The notes below the pieces were generated by a model. The model ran no database searches. It saw only the letters and a program-made list of their open reading frames with translations, and had not been told where the DNA came from. A program made the translations under genes and the position numbers. This document shows, piece after piece, positions 1 to 11,880 of a stretch of 64,000 bases of DNA (positions are counted from its first letter, which is position 1; the number at the start of each line of letters is the position of its first letter). This DNA comes from Amoebophrya sp. A120 (Eukaryota > Protista > Dinoflagellata). Where the stretch lies: positions 786,345 to 850,344 of the forward strand of contig CAJINV010000006.1 of NCBI GenBank assembly GCA_905178155.1. Direction: 5' to 3'.

Positions 1-130
1 ACAAATGCCCTCTCCGCGTGCCAAGAACTGACTCCTCTTGCTGCTCATGCAAGAACACAGATATTTTTATCATCCGCAGACAGCATTACCAGTTCCACTT
101 TTCCAGACCAAGACGTTTTTGCAGTTGATA
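1..130. mobile_element. Introner family A, 5'-truncated by window edge
   Basis: Right TIR TTCCAGACCAAGACGTTTTTGCAGTTGATA ending at 130. Confidence 0.85.
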
Positions 131-1768
131 CAAGAAGTATTACCCCAATTTCTACGAAGAAGAGGAGCAGCAGGCTGCGATTTGCCGGGAGCTAGAGTTC
201 GAAAGCCGCAACAGAAATCCACGCGCGGAAAAATGCCGGGAACTGGAAACTCAGCTGTCCGCGGTCCGTAGCACGCAAGGAGCAGCGCGGCAGTCTCTCG
301 TTTGAAATATGAAAGCCGGAAGAGAAATCTATCGAATGCAAACATGTCTGCGTCTGGAACGAACCAACTTGTCATGCTAAATCTGAATCATGTAAAAATG
401 ATAATGAAAATCTGTGTTGCATGATTACTTACCAAAAGCTGTCCACTTTTGAGCTAATCGCGAGGCAGTTTCTCATGCAGGATAGGCATGATAGAAATCT
501 CAAAAAATTTGTCATGCTATGTCCTACATACCAGACCTCATGGTTCATGGAAAACCTGCATGACAAGTCTGGTATTCTCCCAGATCCAGACATATTTGCA
601 GTTGATAAAATCCACGCGCGGAGGACAGGTGCCGGGAACTGCGATATCGTAAGGAAGAATCCCCCCTCCCCATATTGAAAGCGTATTTCTCCGAAAATTT
701 GTGTTGCTGATTTGAGGTCACAAATCACATTTGTCTTGCAAGAAGACCAGGGCAGAGGCTTCCGCCCCATTATGGAAGCGATTTGCCACGCTGTTGAGCC
801 TACAGAGGGACCGTTTGCCATGCTGAACAACTAGACCCATACGCCCCTACCTAGCCTCGGGATCTGGTCGCAGTGCCTCTCATCTGCAATACAAAGCTGA
901 TTTGTGTACGCAAATCCCGCATCACAGATTTCCGCTTCGATATGGGGAGGGGGGATTTTTTCTTTTGATATGCGAAATCAGCTGTCCGCGGTCCGTAGCA
1001 CGCAAGGAGCAGCGCGGCAGTCTCTCGTTTCTGAAATGAACGAGGTAGCTGCCTTGTTGCAAGCCGTATCAACTGCAAATATCGATCTGGGTCTGGAACA
1101 AGAATGCAGCTTGTGATGCTGCATTTGGATAGTAAGTTCCAAAAAAATCTGTACTGCGTGAGCAGCGATAAAGGGAATGCAGTTTTTGCTACGCGCGGAG
1201 AGGGCATTTTTTGTCATGCGGAATAGGCATTAAAAAGCCCGAAAAAAATCTGTGATGCTAGGGCATGCATCACAGACATCATGGCTCATGCAAAACGTGC
1301 AGGACAGGTGTCGGAATCTTCCAGACCCAGATATATTTGCAATGCATAAGCCGCCAAAACCAACCCGAGTCCTGCATTGCTCGCAAGTCTGACCGACGAA
1401 CGGCGGAACGGGAATATAAAAGCTATGGTGAGCAAAAACGTCCCCACCCCAGAGTCAAGATGGCAAATCCGCTACACAAATCAACCAGTTTTGGCTGTTG
1501 CGCATGACAAATTTGGGCTCGCAGTGTGGTCATGTTTAGCTAGTGAAGCAGCGTCGCAGGTCTAGCATAGCATGCGGATGTGAGCATGACAAATCGCAAA
1601 ACACGAGTACTAGAAACTGCTTCTCATGCTTCTCCGCTTGAGAAACATTTTCAGCATGCAGATTTGAACTACAGCTCTGGGGTGGGGACGTTTTTACAAA
1701 TGATAAAAGCCGTCCTGCCCCCTCACATTCGAGCAAGAATCAACGGGACTCCTAGTTCCAGAAGGTAA
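131..1768 (+). CDS. 3' part of an introner-interrupted gene of unknown function with an internal tandem duplication; possibly frameshifted or pseudogene near 300
   Basis: Removing the 4 elements plus one DR each gives ...NPRAEDRCRELRNQLSAVRSTQGAARQSLVSEMNEVAALLQAAKTNPSPALLASLTDERRNGNIKAVLPPHIRARINGTPSSRR*; the upstream repeat copy ends in TGA near 303. Confidence 0.55.
330..607. mobile_element. Introner family A (TIR core GTCTGGGTCTGGAA)
   Basis: TAT..ATA ends, TIRs, DR aaatc/aaatc. Confidence 0.92.
645..970. mobile_element. Introner family B (TIR core AATCCCCCCTCCCCATA)
   Basis: TIRs, DR tgcga/tgcga. Confidence 0.92.
1067..1348. mobile_element. Introner family A
   Basis: TIRs, DR agccg/agccg. 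Confidence 0.92.
1424..1705. mobile_element. Introner family C (TIR core AAAAACGTCCCCACCCCAGAG)
   Basis: TIRs, DR aaagc/aaagc. Confidence 0.92.
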
Positions 1769-2724
1769 AGGGCTATATTTAAAAATGTCTAGTTGCTGCG
1801 GGTCGCAGTAAAGCCATTGAAGGTTTCGGAATCAAAAGCCTTCGCGGATTCTTCCTTGCTGTCGCGATTCTTCAGTATTTTTTCATTAACTACTTTATGC
1901 AATTCTTCGTATAATAATGCACTCTCTGATGATCATGTCCTAGGAAGTAGTCAGAAGCAGCTATCGTTCCAAAAAATTATCTCATATACTAAAGAGAATC
2001 TAACCGGCGACCTTTTATTCCATTTTCGTCTTTTTTCGTGCTCTGTCTACCTAGTAAATATGTCTGAAAGCCTTTATTGATTCAGTGAGAGTAAAAACTC
2101 TCGATGGATAGTCGACTTGAAAAATTGTTGAATACAGCGCTCTGGAGGACTTTTTTGTACACGACAATATCGACAGTTTATTTCATTTTCAACAATCACC
2201 AACAGCGTCACACTAAATTTCACGCACTTGTTTATTTCAACTCTTTTACTACAAGTCAAGCTTATTTAGAAGTGCGTGGTCTTCATTTTCTGCGTAAGTA
2301 GTTCTACTTGTGCAGAGCGAAGAGCGATTGTCACATCGAAAAAAACCTGCTTCACCCGTCCCACCGCGGCCCTACGGCCCGGGCTGCAAGGGTCTTGCAG
2401 GCGGGAGAAGGAAGGCATCAAATGTGAACTCTTCTACTCAACATCTTCTTCGGGTCAATTGACTACCGAGTGAAAGTAGATCGTAGAGATTTCTCTCTCT
2501 TAGACATTTAATCCTGCTAAGTATTGAACTGCTGGATCATTCCCTTGAACAATAACTCACACGTCAATTTCGTACCTGAATATTAAAACAATGATGCTGA
2601 TATGTTGGTGAAAAAAATAAACTGTCCCCGGTGCCCTCTCTCTTCGTGTAGGAGAAATGGCTGATGAACCTGGTCTCCTGTTGACAACTTGTAGATCTTC
2701 ACGTGTTCGCGCTTACTTGTAGAA
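1758..2724 (+). repeat. Segmental duplication copy 1 (~1 kb, gene 3' end plus downstream non-coding DNA)
   Basis: Colinear high similarity to 13656-14655 (e.g. GCCATTGAAGGTTTCGGAATCAAAAGCCTTCGCGGATT). Confidence 0.9.
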
Positions 2725-3458
2725 GATCTACTTCACATAGAAATACTTCCCAGTTTATTTCCTGGATACACAGGAACGGCACAAAAAATCCGCGATCTCA
2801 TTATGATCTTGCACAACTGCCACAAGAAAAATCCGATCAAAATGTAAATGTTGAAAACGCGATCATAGGCCGTAACGCAGAATAAAATGCATGGTCTTGG
2901 CGATCCAGTTCTCTGTTCCTAGAAAATCTGGTTGAAGATGTATGAGTAACTACTGCGGTCAGGTCAGACTGAAATGAAAAACAAAGATGTGAGTCGTGTT
3001 TCCGTTTCAATTCCAACCCATTTATTTTCCGCTACAAGACTAGAATCTGGCTCACCAGAAAAATACCGACAGTGCCTCCAGAGGACGCATCTGACTTCTC
3101 ACCACGCAGTACGACAGATTGCATTTCCACGTACAGTTAAGTCTAAGGAACATCACTTCACCTAACTCGGCTATTATACAACAATACTCTTGGTTCTGCG
3201 TTTTACTTTTACGTCCATCATTTCCATCCGTCTATTCACTTCGAGATTAAGGAGCTTCATTTTGCATTTTCATGAAAGTATAAAAGGGTATTATTGTCGC
3301 AGTGTATAATCCACAGCCGGCCTGGTCTCGATAGAGTCGCCACAGGTTTTTTTGAGTATTTTCCACGTGTTATTTGTAAAACAACGTACTATAGTTCTGA
3401 TCTTCACAAAACATTTTATTGCAGTTTGCTCTTTGGCTTAGATCCATCAACTCACAAA

Positions 3459-5750
3459 ATGGCTGTAAAGAACCACGTGAAAAATAACTGGATCCTATTC
3501 CAGTTCTGTGTAGTAACTTGGTACTACGGCGCTTTCGCCGCCACAGTGCCGGCGTCCTCCAGTGCACCAGCCACTAGTTACGTTCCCCCTCCGCTCCTCT
3601 CCAAAGGCAGCTGCCCAGCTAACGCCTGTTTCAACTGCAGCAACCCGTGCAAAGCGCACAACCTCGCGAAAAAGGAGCAGAACGGCCCTCCGACGAACCA
3701 GAAGTCCCGGTTGTATCAGACCGGTTTCCGCAGTCCCCAGGCTCTGAAGCGCCAGAGAAAGCGGGAGCGGGGGTGTGCCGCCGGAGCGGACTGCGAGTTT
3801 TGCCACAGTTGCCCATACAGCAACGACCGAGCCGCGTGGCGGGCGGAAAGAAAAGAAATTTTGAACGCGGTAGTGCAGGACCAGCAGGAGGATGCACGAC
3901 GAGAAGATGAACGGGAAGTAACGTACTACGCTCCCACGCCCGACAGTGTCGACGGCGAAGTACACCTTCTTCCCTCGTGGACGAGGGCCACGCCCTCTGC
4001 AGGACACCATCAGGAAGAAATGTTACCCGCGGCCGCACTAGGAGTTCCTCTTGCACACGGCTTGTTGGCTGCTCCTGCTGCACCAGGTACAACAATTACT
4101 AGTGCGGATGAAGATGTTCTTGAGCCAACGACCACCGTCTATTACGCACCCACGCCATCGCCAGGGAGTGTCGCGGGAGCCTGGAGGTCTTCGAGGTCCC
4201 GTGCGCAGCAAGAAGGTCTTTTAATACAACCGGCGGGGATGTGGTTTGGGGAGCAGGCTGATGAATCACGGATGCAACGACCAGCAGTAGACCACGACGG
4301 TGATGAAGTAGAAGGCACTGAAAGTGATCAACAAAACTCAGACGACGACGACGCATCTTCATCTGCAATCCCATTTGTGCCTTATTTTCGGTACCCACAG
4401 GCACCTCCTCCGGGAGCCATGAATGACGTAGTTCTTAATGGCAGCACGAGTGTGATGAGCACACCGGTAGGAGGTCGTGGGAGAAGTGGACAGGGAAGAT
4501 TTCATCCCAGCAGCGCCTGCTCCAGAGCGTCGTCGGCTGCAAGTAGCAGGACAACGGCGAACCTTTTTTTCCCTCCGACCCCGGATCGCTTTGAAACAGG
4601 GCAAAACCCGCGTGAAGAAAGTAGAACCACGACCGGCGCTGCTGGACCTTCGAACACGCAGCCAGAAAGGGTGCGATCGGTGTCGCCCGAACTACCGCCT
4701 TCGTTGTCGCTTGGCTCGCTTGGACACCCGGCGACCTGCCAGGCCCCCTGCAAATTTTTTTGGAAAAACAGGGGGTGCAAGGAGGGTACGAACTGTGACT
4801 TTTGCCACTCCTGTCCGCATAAAAACGTCAAGGGGGGCACGGCAGAGGCGGTCAGACGGAAAAACTTCTTTGCGGGAGGAGGGCTACAGCAGCCGCAAGA
4901 ACATCAGGCGAGGATGCAGCAGGAGACACAACCTCCGGCTCGGGGGCCCAGCACGGTGCCTTTATCGCGTCCCCCAGGTGTATTTTTTGCACCCGCGGCC
5001 CCGCAGGAGCCGGCGGGGATGCGCCACAGCACGAACACCGCCCCGCCGCCAGCAGAACTTGAAGTGAAACCTTGCCCCCCGACGCCGAACGACTTTGAAG
5101 ACGCCCCCGGCTTTTACAAACCCCTGTCCGAAGGGACCATCGGCCATCCGCACACCTGCCAGGCGGCTTGTACGCGTTTTTGGACGACGGCGGGGTGCCC
5201 GGACGGAGAGAAGTGCAGGTTTTGTCACGCATGCGGCGTGTTTGGTCTTCGTCGAGCTGCAATGACGGGACAGGAAAGTCAAGGTCAGCTACAAGGCCGC
5301 AGGCCGCCGAGCAAAAAACAACTACGCCGGGCACTGCGGGAAGAGGCACAAGGGCAGCTGAAGGAAGAATGGTCCGAGATTCAACAACACCTTGAAGAAA
5401 CACGCGCAGGAGCAGGTGTCGAGCATCAAAGTGATACAACTTCTAGATACCGCTGGAAAAATAACGCAGCTCCCTTAGCTCCCGTCCCAGAAGAAGGAGA
5501 CCTGGGCGGGTCTTTCGCAACAATTGCGGCGCTGTCGATACCAACACAGGCTCGTGCTGGTGTAGTAGTACCGCGGAGAAAGAACTGCGCTGCTGCTGCC
5601 TCTGCTGCTGCCAGCGAGCAGCGGGCTGGCGATATGAATTTGCGAACAACAACGCAGCATGAAGATGCAGTTCTTCTGCTTCAGCAGGACGAGGAGGATC
5701 AAAAAGAAAGTGACAAGGGTCTTGAAGAGCCTTCGTGTGCGCAGCAGTGA
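3459..5750 (+). CDS. CCCH (C3H1-type) zinc-finger protein, 3 fingers, N-terminal hydrophobic leader, low complexity
   Basis: Uninterrupted ORF (frame 3294-5750, first ATG 3459); motifs SLGSLGHPATCQAPCKFFWKNRGCKEGTNCDFCH and GTIGHPHTCQAACTRFWTTAGCPDGEKCRFCH plus a split first finger. Confidence 0.85.
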   Translation: MAVKNHVKNNWILFQFCVVTWYYGAFAATVPASSSAPATSYVPPPLLSKGSCPANACFNCSNPCKAHNLAKKEQNGPPTNQKSRLYQTGFRSPQALKRQRKRERGCAAGADCEFCHSCPYSNDRAAWRAERKEILNAVVQDQQEDARREDEREVTYYAPTPDSVDGEVHLLPSWTRATPSAGHHQEEMLPAAALGVPLAHGLLAAPAAPGTTITSADEDVLEPTTTVYYAPTPSPGSVAGAWRSSRSRAQQEGLLIQPAGMWFGEQADESRMQRPAVDHDGDEVEGTESDQQNSDDDDASSSAIPFVPYFRYPQAPPPGAMNDVVLNGSTSVMSTPVGGRGRSGQGRFHPSSACSRASSAASSRTTANLFFPPTPDRFETGQNPREESRTTTGAAGPSNTQPERVRSVSPELPPSLSLGSLGHPATCQAPCKFFWKNRGCKEGTNCDFCHSCPHKNVKGGTAEAVRRKNFFAGGGLQQPQEHQARMQQETQPPARGPSTVPLSRPPGVFFAPAAPQEPAGMRHSTNTAPPPAELEVKPCPPTPNDFEDAPGFYKPLSEGTIGHPHTCQAACTRFWTTAGCPDGEKCRFCHACGVFGLRRAAMTGQESQGQLQGRRPPSKKQLRRALREEAQGQLKEEWSEIQQHLEETRAGAGVEHQSDTTSRYRWKNNAAPLAPVPEEGDLGGSFATIAALSIPTQARAGVVVPRRKNCAAAASAAASEQRAGDMNLRTTTQHEDAVLLLQQDEEDQKESDKGLEEPSCAQQ

Positions 5751-7961
5751 TTTTCTTTCGAGCCACTTGCACTTGGAAGACCCAGATCGAATCGTGTTTA
5801 ATGTTCTACTTCTGCCTCGGTATCGCTATCGTTAATTTGGTCCAAGAACATCATACTTTTTTATGTAGTGGAAAAGTGAGTTTAGCTTTATTTTTTCCGC
5901 TTTACGATGAACAACTAGAACTACAAACACACCCTTCAAAAAGGCTCAAAGTTAAAATCAGGTCAAGAGCACCAGCACTTTCGCAAACCTTTGTAGTAAG
6001 AGACAGCTTGTTTTTCAGACATTCAAACGCTTTACTATTGATTCACAACAGCACTCTACTTGTTCTTCAACAGCACTAGGTTTTTGCTCGTGCAGCAGAA
6101 GCAGAAGAAGCTCGTCGTTCTCAGTTTTCAACAAACATAACGCTCCCTTTGGGATTTTAGTTTTCAATATGTAGGTCTATAGCCAGAAGTTGCTTAGCCA
6201 GCTCGTCGTGTTTTTAGTGAAGGCAGTAACGCGAGCCACGACGTGAGGGGAAAGAATAACTTTCAGGAGGTTCCACGTGACTGAGCCTCACAACAAACAA
6301 AGTATAGCGTTAGTTCTTCCACCTGGGATTTTTTCATTGAAGTTGTTGTACTGTCGCTCTTGCCAACATAACCATGCTTTACTACTGTCCATTGACGTTT
6401 TGATTCGTATTCATTCTTTGAATACACGACGTTTTGTGCCGAGCACCAGTGCTTCATGATGCATAGGACCGAACGATAATAATTTCAGCGCGCGCGCCGC
6501 CTACTAACTTGGTTCGTATTTTACTGCTGTGAGGCCATTGATTACATAGAACTAGACTTCTTGCTTGAAAATCAAAAGTACCTTCACAACAAGAGCATGA
6601 AATTTCTGCACTTTGAAGAATTATTCGGAAGCAAAAATGGCACACGCACTACATCTAAAAAATGATCTAGACAGGAACCCGTTACAACCCGTCAACATGT
6701 TGGCTACCGGCAAGTAGAAGATGAGAAAACATAAAAGGCTAGAAATATTACGTCAACTACAAAACAACTGCAGTCTAGAAATTGTAGTGGATGCAACATC
6801 ATCGTCGATGTTGAGCATTGTTACAACTACAGCTGACAGCTTCTGAAGCCAAGGAGTTCCTGTTTTGTGCTCGATGAGCGGCATGGCGTGGACAATAACA
6901 ACTGACTGGAAATCGTATAGAGGTCCGTTGTGAACAAGGTAAAACGAAGTGTCGGTCGTGATCGAAAAACTTGTGCCCAGAGTAGAAATGAAATCTTCAT
7001 GCGCAGGATCAGGCATGCGCATGCGTAGGGAGAAGAAGGAACGATAACGAAGAAGATCATTGTTATTTCGGTGCAGGTTGAATTGTGATCGTGGTAAAGT
7101 GTGTGAACTAAGAAACCCCTCGATCATGTGGAAGATCCGCAAAAATTGTGAATGATCAGGAACACTACTTGACTTAGGAAAATCCGTGCTCTATTTTGAC
7201 TCTTGATCTTCTCTGCAGTATTTGCACTTGATCCTTGATCATCAATCGAAATATATTTATAAACGTCGGTTACTATGTGGTTTTTCGAAAAAAAAAAGTG
7301 ATTATAGTCTGAGATGGAACTACATGGTTGCAGCTCAGCCTTCTGCAGCTGTCGTGTGTAGTCTCTATGCACGACTAAATTTTTCACAAACCCTGCTTTT
7401 CCTCTTCCTACATCCACAACTGCCAGTTCCCTGAAAAAAGCATAGTCCTAGTCCCTACTTGCGCTGAAGTTTAATTCAGAGCATAAAAGTTCTTGACACA
7501 ACATCAAGTAGCGACAACATCATAGCCAAAAAAACCAAAAGCCTCAACAAGTTTTAAGAATTCGGCCGATTGTTAAATATCAATTTGTCGCGACAGATTC
7601 ATTTATTTTCCGATATTTTTTCCAGTCAAACAACAGTATAGAAATCGCAGGTCGCCGTTTGGCTTGCTACAAATTTTGGACGATTTACATTTACAAAGCA
7701 CAAGCAGTACTTCGGGATAATTCACTTCTTGAGCAGAACTAAAACTTCCGCGAAAGTAAAGGAAGAAAAGCATACCGACTGTAACTCGAACGCATCAAGT
7801 TTATTTTTCGACAATTTCATCTACATTGCAGCAGCAGCCCTGAAGAAGAAGGGTATAGTAAGTATTGATTAACCGTAGTGCAACAACGAGCACACCACGA
7901 ACCGTCTACGGCAACAAGGTCAAGAGGCGTAGTATAAAGGAGGGAAGAAAGCACGACCAAC

Positions 7962-9242
7962 ATGTTGCGTAGTTCCAACGGGTCTTCAGCATCCTGCCCC
8001 GCCGCCGTCTTCGGGCCCCGGGTGAAAAGCTTGCCTCTCTTGGTCGTGTCGCACTTGCTCTACTTGTCATTATGCGGAGGAGGATCGTCTTCGTCGTCCA
8101 CAGGATCCCTACTACTTCAAGCCGCGTCCGCGGTGAAACTTGCTGCCGCAGGAGAGCGCCGACGTAGTAAACCTCCCGGGCCGCCGCGTCGTGTCGATCA
8201 TCCACTGCCCGCGAACTTTGTCGAGGTCACCAAGGGTAGCGTTAGCCACCCTGTGTCATGCAACGACCCATGCAAGTTCGCTCGGAGAGGAAGGGGCTGC
8301 AAAGACGGGGTCGAGTGTGATCGCTGCCACGTGTGTACGTGGACGAGAGAGGCTGAAGCGGAACGTCGTCGAAATAGGCTGGGTACTAGGCGTGGTCGTA
8401 CGAACGAAACGACCGGCAATAGCTGCCCGCCACCACCTCCTCCTCACCCTGCGGCCCGCCACGACGACGGTCAACAGAGGCTGCTCCGGAGCGGGAGTAG
8501 CGCACCAGCTGCTGCTCCTTCTAGCAGGCAGTGGCGGGCAGCTGCAGCTGCCCCGAGCTGCGCACCAACTGTCACCGGTCAGCCACAATTTCCTCCAGGC
8601 TCGTGGTCCTCTCCTACGACCAATTTTGCAGCAGGAGCGGCACCGAGCTGCAGAAGGCCCTCTCACGGTTCCACCTCGAGTTTTGATACTAACACGTGGC
8701 AAGAACAGCAGGATCTTCCTGCTTCCCCAGCGCCTCCTTCCCCGGGGCCTCCTTCCCCGGGGCACCAGCAAGGCCAACTTTATACAGTGCAGTGGGTGGC
8801 ATGTCCTGTGATCGGTCTAGTAACTGAGGAGCAGGCGTGGACAAACGGGCTCTTGCCTGCAGCCGGTCCTAGTTCACCTTTCCAACAATCGCAGGGCAAT
8901 TTTGAAAATGCCAGCGATCTGAACAATTCTCCACCCCCTGGGGTGTCGTCCTGCAGTGGTACGCAAATGATGCCCGAGCCGCCCGCGAATAGTTACGGAA
9001 TGTCACCGCAGATGAGCTCCGGGAGCACGCCGCCGGACCAGCGCTCCGGGACCACGGGGTCCTCCTCCGACCCAAGTACAACCGCGGCGTCGACATCAAC
9101 GCCGACTTTTGCCGCTTTTAGTGCTAGGGACGCAATGTATTTCCCCGGCGCGGGCGATACCGTGGCGTCGACACCCTCGCCAACCTTTGCCGCTTTTTTC
9201 GAACGTGCTAGCGATGCAAAGCATTTGACGCGGGACAAGTAA
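7962..9242 (+). CDS. CCCH zinc-finger protein, 1 finger, hydrophobic N-terminal segment, P/S-rich tail
   Basis: 426-aa ORF; GSVSHPVSCNDPCKFARRGRGCKDGVECDRCHVC; LPLLVVSHLLYLSLC. Confidence 0.85.
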   Translation: MLRSSNGSSASCPAAVFGPRVKSLPLLVVSHLLYLSLCGGGSSSSSTGSLLLQAASAVKLAAAGERRRSKPPGPPRRVDHPLPANFVEVTKGSVSHPVSCNDPCKFARRGRGCKDGVECDRCHVCTWTREAEAERRRNRLGTRRGRTNETTGNSCPPPPPPHPAARHDDGQQRLLRSGSSAPAAAPSSRQWRAAAAAPSCAPTVTGQPQFPPGSWSSPTTNFAAGAAPSCRRPSHGSTSSFDTNTWQEQQDLPASPAPPSPGPPSPGHQQGQLYTVQWVACPVIGLVTEEQAWTNGLLPAAGPSSPFQQSQGNFENASDLNNSPPPGVSSCSGTQMMPEPPANSYGMSPQMSSGSTPPDQRSGTTGSSSDPSTTAASTSTPTFAAFSARDAMYFPGAGDTVASTPSPTFAAFFERASDAKHLTRDK

Positions 9243-10233
9243 CGGGAGTGGCGGTGAACATTCTTCTACAAGATGCATGTTGCTTCCGAATACATCGCGA
9301 GAGCAGTTGCAGTTGCAGCTGGGAGAAGATAATTTTTTGTTTTATTGATGAGAGCTCTAGAAGGCTGTATTGTGCTGGTGCAACTCGACGTAGCTGGTTT
9401 TTACACAGTTGTATAGTCTATTCGACGTTTTGATGTTCCACAATCATGTCGTCCTTTGCCGATCAGCTTTTCTATGGTGTTGTAAGTACTAGCAAGCAGC
9501 TAGCTCACTACAAGATCGGCGACTGTTTTTCTTTTTTGGCATGGTCTGTGAGCAATTTTTTAGCATATCAAAAATCCAGGGTGCACGACGTTTATTTGCG
9601 AGACTTTTGTTGGAGTCTTCTCGTTCTGATTTTATCCATCTATTGACACACCTATAACGTGGTAGTCGCATTTGTAACAAGTGTTGTTCGTACGCATACC
9701 CGCCCACATGTAGCGTTGACCACGACCTTCTCGGGCTGAGCCTGGAGAGGTTACTTACTACGGTGAACACGAGGACATCATGATGCATCGAAAAGCAGAC
9801 CACACTAGGTGCTACTAGAACAGATGAGAAAGTGAAAATCTAGTACTCAACTTCCGTGGCTGCTCGACGTCGTGATGATCTTTATAGTACTTCATCGAGC
9901 GATCGCAGTCAAACTCAAGCGGTTTAGCAAGTTGAACTCGATGTTGATGTCAAGTTCACTTTTCTTCTCTAAGACTAAGACTAAGTTAGAATTTGCAGAG
10001 GAACTGTATTGATTCTATCCCGAGGAGGTTTTATTTTTAAAGGACCAGCACCATCGACGTGATCCTCAACTAACATTTTGAACACGGCGTCTTTTGCCGT
10101 GGATCAGGGGACATTTTGAGCTTGTTTTTCGAAAGAGCAATCACATAATCTTCACAGCAGGCTTTTTCTTGCGACGTCCCGATATAATTTTCATGCGATT
10201 TAGTTGTGGACATCATCGCAAAACTCCGACAAA

Positions 10234-10378
10234 AAGTGCAGAGTACCACAAGGTACCACGACACGACGCGCCCAGCGGTCGCTTTTTTTGTTGGCCCGCG
10301 GACTGCTCGAAGTGCAGAGTACCACAAGGTACCACGACACGACGCGCCCAGCGGTCGCTTTTTTTGTTGGCCCGCGGA
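10234..10378. repeat. Two identical 69-bp direct repeats, period 76
   Basis: AAGTGCAGAGTACCACAAGGTACCACGACACG...TTTTTTTGTTGGCCCGCGGA at 10234-10302 and 10310-10378. Confidence 0.9.
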
Positions 10379-11542
10379 TTGCCTTAAAAACACTTGATGG
10401 AGCATTTTTATAGTAAGTACTAAAGAAGCCCGTACTTCTATGGAGGCTTGGGCTCCTGCGAGCCGGTACTACTTAACCTGATATAGAAGTACCAACGATT
10501 TTATTTCCTGGTTGTGTCCTTCTAAAACATCCCCAGAACTACAACAGTGCGAAAAACTAAAACAAGAAAACGTCACGACCATAGTACTAGTTCTGGCAGG
10601 ACACAAAACCAAACTACGCAATCAACAGATAGTAAGTTCTGGCAAGACCAAGATGACAAAAAACAAAATTACTATCAAAAACCAAAACGTGGCCACCAGG
10701 AAGTGGACTGCGTTTTCGTTCTTGTCCACATAATTTATTATCACACCAGCTAGTCCTACAGCTGCGCCCTTGTTGCGGAGAGGCTCTGGGTCTGTGCTTG
10801 TGAAAATGAAGTTTATTGCCTGTGTTTCTTATTCACGGTTTCGGTTATGTCGGTCTACACCACAACTAGAAGTTCTGTGGCGCAAAAGAACAAAGAAGAA
10901 AAATATAGGTCAACGTCTTGCAGTACCGTAAATAAATGCTGCGCGGCTCCATGATTCTAGGAGTAGATCATGCCGAGGGATGAACAGAAATTGATCATTT
11001 CTCACAACACCCGTCCGTGAGTGATATTATGAAACGGTAAAAGGATCTTCAAAATAAAATTCAATACCTCCTGCGACCACGACGTGATGAATCAGTGCAT
11101 CGAAGTGATCGAATGCAAAGTAGGAAAGTAAGTCGTACCTTTGGTTGTAAAAAGACAATAGAACAGATACTCGGTTCTTTTCAATATTGTGAAGCAACTC
11201 GAAGTAGAATTGTGCCTACGTCATCTTCGGTGGACAGTAGTATAGTTTTTGCTTCTCTACTTCCATGACCAACAAATTGTCAGACGCATTGTATTTCAAA
11301 CTACAGAGCCTCCAGAAAGTACCCGAAGGTGATTTTTATTCAATCAAAACGTAAGTACAAAACTACAACCTTACAGATTCTGCTTGCAGGTCGTACTCTT
11401 TTTGACAGGTGGATAAGGTCTAACAGATACTGACAACGAAGGATTTTCGGGAATTCTTTTTCTCAACAAGTACTAGTACAGCTGCCGGAACGATTTAACG
11501 TTGTGTACAGCGAAGAAATTCTATTTTCGTGAAAATTTTAAG

Positions 11543-11753
11543 TATCCCGAGAAAAAAGTGTTACAGTTACGCACTTGTTGGAGTTTCTGCATCACAAATT
11601 TTCTTTGTGTGACAGAGAAAACTTTTAATGCGAAGATCACAAGGGAAAACAGGAAGGAAGCGAAGCTCCGAAGCATTTCCTGCATGAGAAAGGTTGTCTC
11701 TGTTGCCAGTCTTGCATGACAATGTGTAACTGTAACACTTATTTCTTGCGATA
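11543..11753. mobile_element. Introner family J (TIR core AAAAAAGTGTTACAGTTAC), upstream of a CDS
   Basis: TIRs, DR ttaag/ttaag. Confidence 0.9.
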
Positions 11754-11880
11754 TTAAGTGATAAAAAAAATACTACACAGCCTTGTAGTTCTACTAGATC
11801 TGTTCCTCTCAATAAATCAAGTCGTAAAAACTACACGTACACAGGAATTTTCTGTCATCTTCTGACAACGCGCAAATAAA

